Assembly (NCBI GenBank): GCA_047495785.1
Contig: JBLDXI010000055.1
Location: forward strand, 620,001 to 684,000
Direction of reading: 5' to 3'
Length of the DNA stretch: 64,000 nt
From: Lepidodermella squamata
Taxonomy: Eukaryota > Animalia > Gastrotricha
Shown here: piece after piece, positions 62,901-64,000 of the stretch
How positions within the stretch are numbered: position 1 is the stretch's first letter
Layout: each line of letters opens with the position of its first letter
The notes under the pieces: model-generated
What the model was told of the DNA's origin: nothing
The model's input: only the letters and a program-made list of their open reading frames with translations
Databases searched by the model: none
Position numbers and translations under genes: made by a program

Positions 62901-64000
62901 TAATTTCTGAAATCACGAACGTGTAGTTCAGTAGCCTCAGATAACAAATTTGCTATATCCTCAAACACGATGTGCTTCTAATAATGGTGCATCAAAAATA
63001 ATGGGAGAAATAAAAATTACCACTATACTCAAATTAAAATAACATCGATTTATTACCTGTAGCAAGGCTTCAAGTTCGTCATTCGACAAAAGCTGGTGGT
63101 GAAATGATGACACGAGAATGCTGTTGAGTAGATCCCACATTTTGGGCTCGCGAAGTTCGGACGATTTCACGATAATTGCGCGATTTGAAGGTTCCAGTCC
63201 AGTGACCCGAATCAGCGACCGCATATCAGCCAGGAAAGTATCACTCGTCGACGTATCAATGTCGCAAAGCTGGGTGTCTGCAATATGCAACGACAGCCGG
63301 CAGAGTTCAATGATTTTGAAGCCATGTTGAGCCAGCAGTAGTAACCGGCAGCTGTCAGGTTTTGTCAACAATCGATGCATCCGAACGATTTGCTCCAAGA
63401 TAGCGTCAGTCAACGCAACATCGAAATCGCGGTTAGAAACGTCTTCCATGTAATGGGTCAGGTATTCGTTGACATTATCACGAATACTGGCGATGGATTC
63501 AACGATCGTTAGTTCAGACTTTTCGCGGAATTGCGTTTTCTGAGGGTTCTTGAATGCCGAAAATTCGGGGATAGTGACGAAAATCTGAGCCAACTTTGAA
63601 GTCATATCAGGCCAGCGTTCGTTAATTGCATTGTCGACAATCGACCGGAACCAGTAAATATCGCTGGCTCGGCATAAGCGATCGGCAAATGTCCGCATCA
63701 TCTCGTGTCTCCAGTACGAGACAACGTGAATCACGTCGCCGCGGTGCTCATCTTCAAGTCGGCGTAGAGATTGGAAAGATGCGACGAGATCGCGAACAGA
63801 GAACAGGTAGTGAGTTCTACCCGGGCACGGGGCTGGTTTCAGAACGTTAACAACCTCATTCAAGACATTGCAAGCCGCTGATACTAACGAGCTATGCAAG
63901 TCAATCTCGAGCAACTGGCCCTGACCGCTATGCATGGTTTGATTAAGGATCGCGCTCAGGACGGATTTCAACTCGTCACCCTCCGGTGCGTTAAGGTGGA
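53941..64000 (-). CDS. Divergent axonemal-type dynein heavy chain, 3' part (AAA3 lid to C-terminus); 5' end lies beyond the window
   Basis: PCPGRTHYLFSVRDL (cf. PTP.K.HY.FNLRD), YWRHEMMRTFADRL, stalk coiled coils, AAA5 WPLLCDP, AAA6 GGWLLVRE..LCFLHSAIRLRARYGSYGW, C-domain PPQEGMFVFGLHLWSCGWD, and last exon YSCPVYATRAR..RWHLRGVFATVRPY* (stop 53941-53943). Confidence 0.88.

Overview
Eukaryotic, AT-rich, intron-dense invertebrate genomic DNA with typical introns of about 50-60 nt. A nematode-like host is suggested by the astacin prodomain motif, but this is inference. Gene order: two tandem RIIa/Dpy-30-type dimerisation-docking domain genes (+); a minus-strand cluster of three astacin-EGF-CUB-kringle metalloproteases plus a protease-less prodomain+kringle paralog; an unknown small gene; a small inverted-repeat element carrying telomere-like CCCTAA repeats; a STAR/Quaking (ASD-2/GLD-1/HOW-like) RNA-binding gene; two ankyrin-repeat genes; an intronless MGC-start membrane-anchored protein; G-alpha q; a ~1300 aa disordered protein; a class III POU gene; and the 3' half of a very divergent axonemal-type dynein heavy chain. 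The most striking observation is in the STAR gene. Its QUA2 RNA-recognition helix is encoded by three tandem, phase-matched alternative exons. Each is preceded by a copy of a sequence (ATAC..CACAAAC) complementary to one upstream intronic site (GTTTGTG..GTAT), which is an apparent Dscam-style docking/selector system. Also notable: an 8-nt micro-exon carrying the third zinc ligand of one astacin, and several frame-preserving candidate micro-exons in the dynein gene. All exon structures were inferred by hand from GT/GC-AG sites and reading frame; no transcript data or database searches were available.
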